Shown in pieces: positions 22,381-22,932 of a stretch of 22,932 bases of DNA. This DNA is from a virus (taxonomy: Duplodnaviria > Heunggongvirae > Uroviricota > Caudoviricetes), in IMG/VR virus record IMGVR_UViG_2690316152_000015, positions 1 through 22,932 of that record; one strand, given 5' to 3'. Every line of letters starts with the position of its first letter. Within the stretch, counting starts at the first letter, position 1. Position numbers and translations under genes: made by a program. The notes beneath the pieces are model-generated. The model was not told the DNA's origin. It saw only the letters and a list, made by a program, of their open reading frames with translations, and made no database searches.

Positions 22381-22932
22381 TTAAGACACATCAAATTCAT
22401 CGTCTTCTTCTGGTTCTTGTTCCGGTTCATCCATTAATGGTAATTCTTCTTCCTCGTCTTCTCCTAAATCCGCATTTTCGAACAAGTCCCCTACTTCGTT
22501 TAAACGACGCTCGATGATCTCCCTTAGCTTATTCTTCAATGTTTTCTGATCGGTGGCAGATTCGAGAATTTCTAAAGCGTCGATTGTGGCGATCTGCAAA
22601 ATAGTCTGTTTCACCTTTCCGCAATATTCCGCTAGTTCCTGTTCTACATAACCGACCGGAATCAGGAGATTCATCGCTTCCTGGTTCTCTCGTTCGGCTG
22701 CATCCGCGAGTGCTCTTTCCCGGCGTAATTTCTCGACATCTATTTGTTCTTTGATAGAAGTTTCTTTGAGCGGATTAATGATGTTCTTCAAGACCCATTC
22801 TGTCCCCTCTTTGGCTGGCACGCGTCGTGTATTGGTATTAAATGGCATTCCTCGTTCTTGCCATTTCTTAGCGGCGTTAATTGTATAGCCGTATAAGCGG
22901 GAAATTTCTGTAAGGGTTAATTCTTCTTTCAT
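22381..22932 (-). CDS. Nu1-like terminase small subunit (winged-HTH DNA-binding N-terminus); start coincides with the window edge
   Basis: N-terminus LTLTEISRLYGYTINAAKKWQERGMPF parallels lambda Nu1 (LADIFGASIRTIQNWQEQGMPV, from memory); shared EKLRRE segment; acidic C-terminal tail; located about 6.4 kb from the large terminase gene. Confidence 0.55.
   Translation of the reverse strand: MKEELTLTEISRLYGYTINAAKKWQERGMPFNTNTRRVPAKEGTEWVLKNIINPLKETSIKEQIDVEKLRRERALADAAERENQEAMNLLIPVGYVEQELAEYCGKVKQTILQIATIDALEILESATDQKTLKNKLREIIERRLNEVGDLFENADLGEDEEEELPLMDEPEQEPEEDDEFDVS

Overview
This window reads as a siphovirus-type prophage segment with lambda-like packaging enzymes, abutting the right end of an IS3-family insertion sequence. 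Positions 1-930 are the right part of an IS629/IS1203-like element (orfB plus terminal inverted repeat, recognised from memory, not searched) inserted into the tape-measure gene. Positions 891-15948 (minus strand) form one long late operon, in transcription order: GpA-like large terminase, a small protein, portal, a single ORF fusing prohead protease, acidic scaffold-like linker and HK97-fold capsid, two connector proteins, a tail-tube paralog, an 1164-aa fiber with C-terminal S74 intramolecular chaperone, the tail tube protein, an unknown protein, a G/T-like chaperone pair, and the tape measure (truncated by the IS). Positions 15949-22932 are an early/accessory block with divergent transcription: three paralogous small HTH proteins, a Rha-family regulator, an acidic protein, a codon-optimised coiled-coil gene pair, two small hydrophobic peptide ORFs, a 21-bp-periodic iteron array, CTAG-rich repeats, operator-like TTGACA palindromes and a Nu1-like small terminase uncoupled from the large terminase. 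The most unusual signal is a pair of homologous modules directly after the capsid and tail-tube genes: a TGA stop in the context TGA-ACT followed in frame by a 41-42 codon E/P-rich extension ending in a conserved basic tail and an intrinsic terminator, suggesting stop-codon read-through isoforms of both major virion subunits. No tRNA, CRISPR array or integrase was seen. All function calls are from reading the translations; no database search was possible. Coordinates of non-ORF features are hand-counted and may be off by 1-2 nt.
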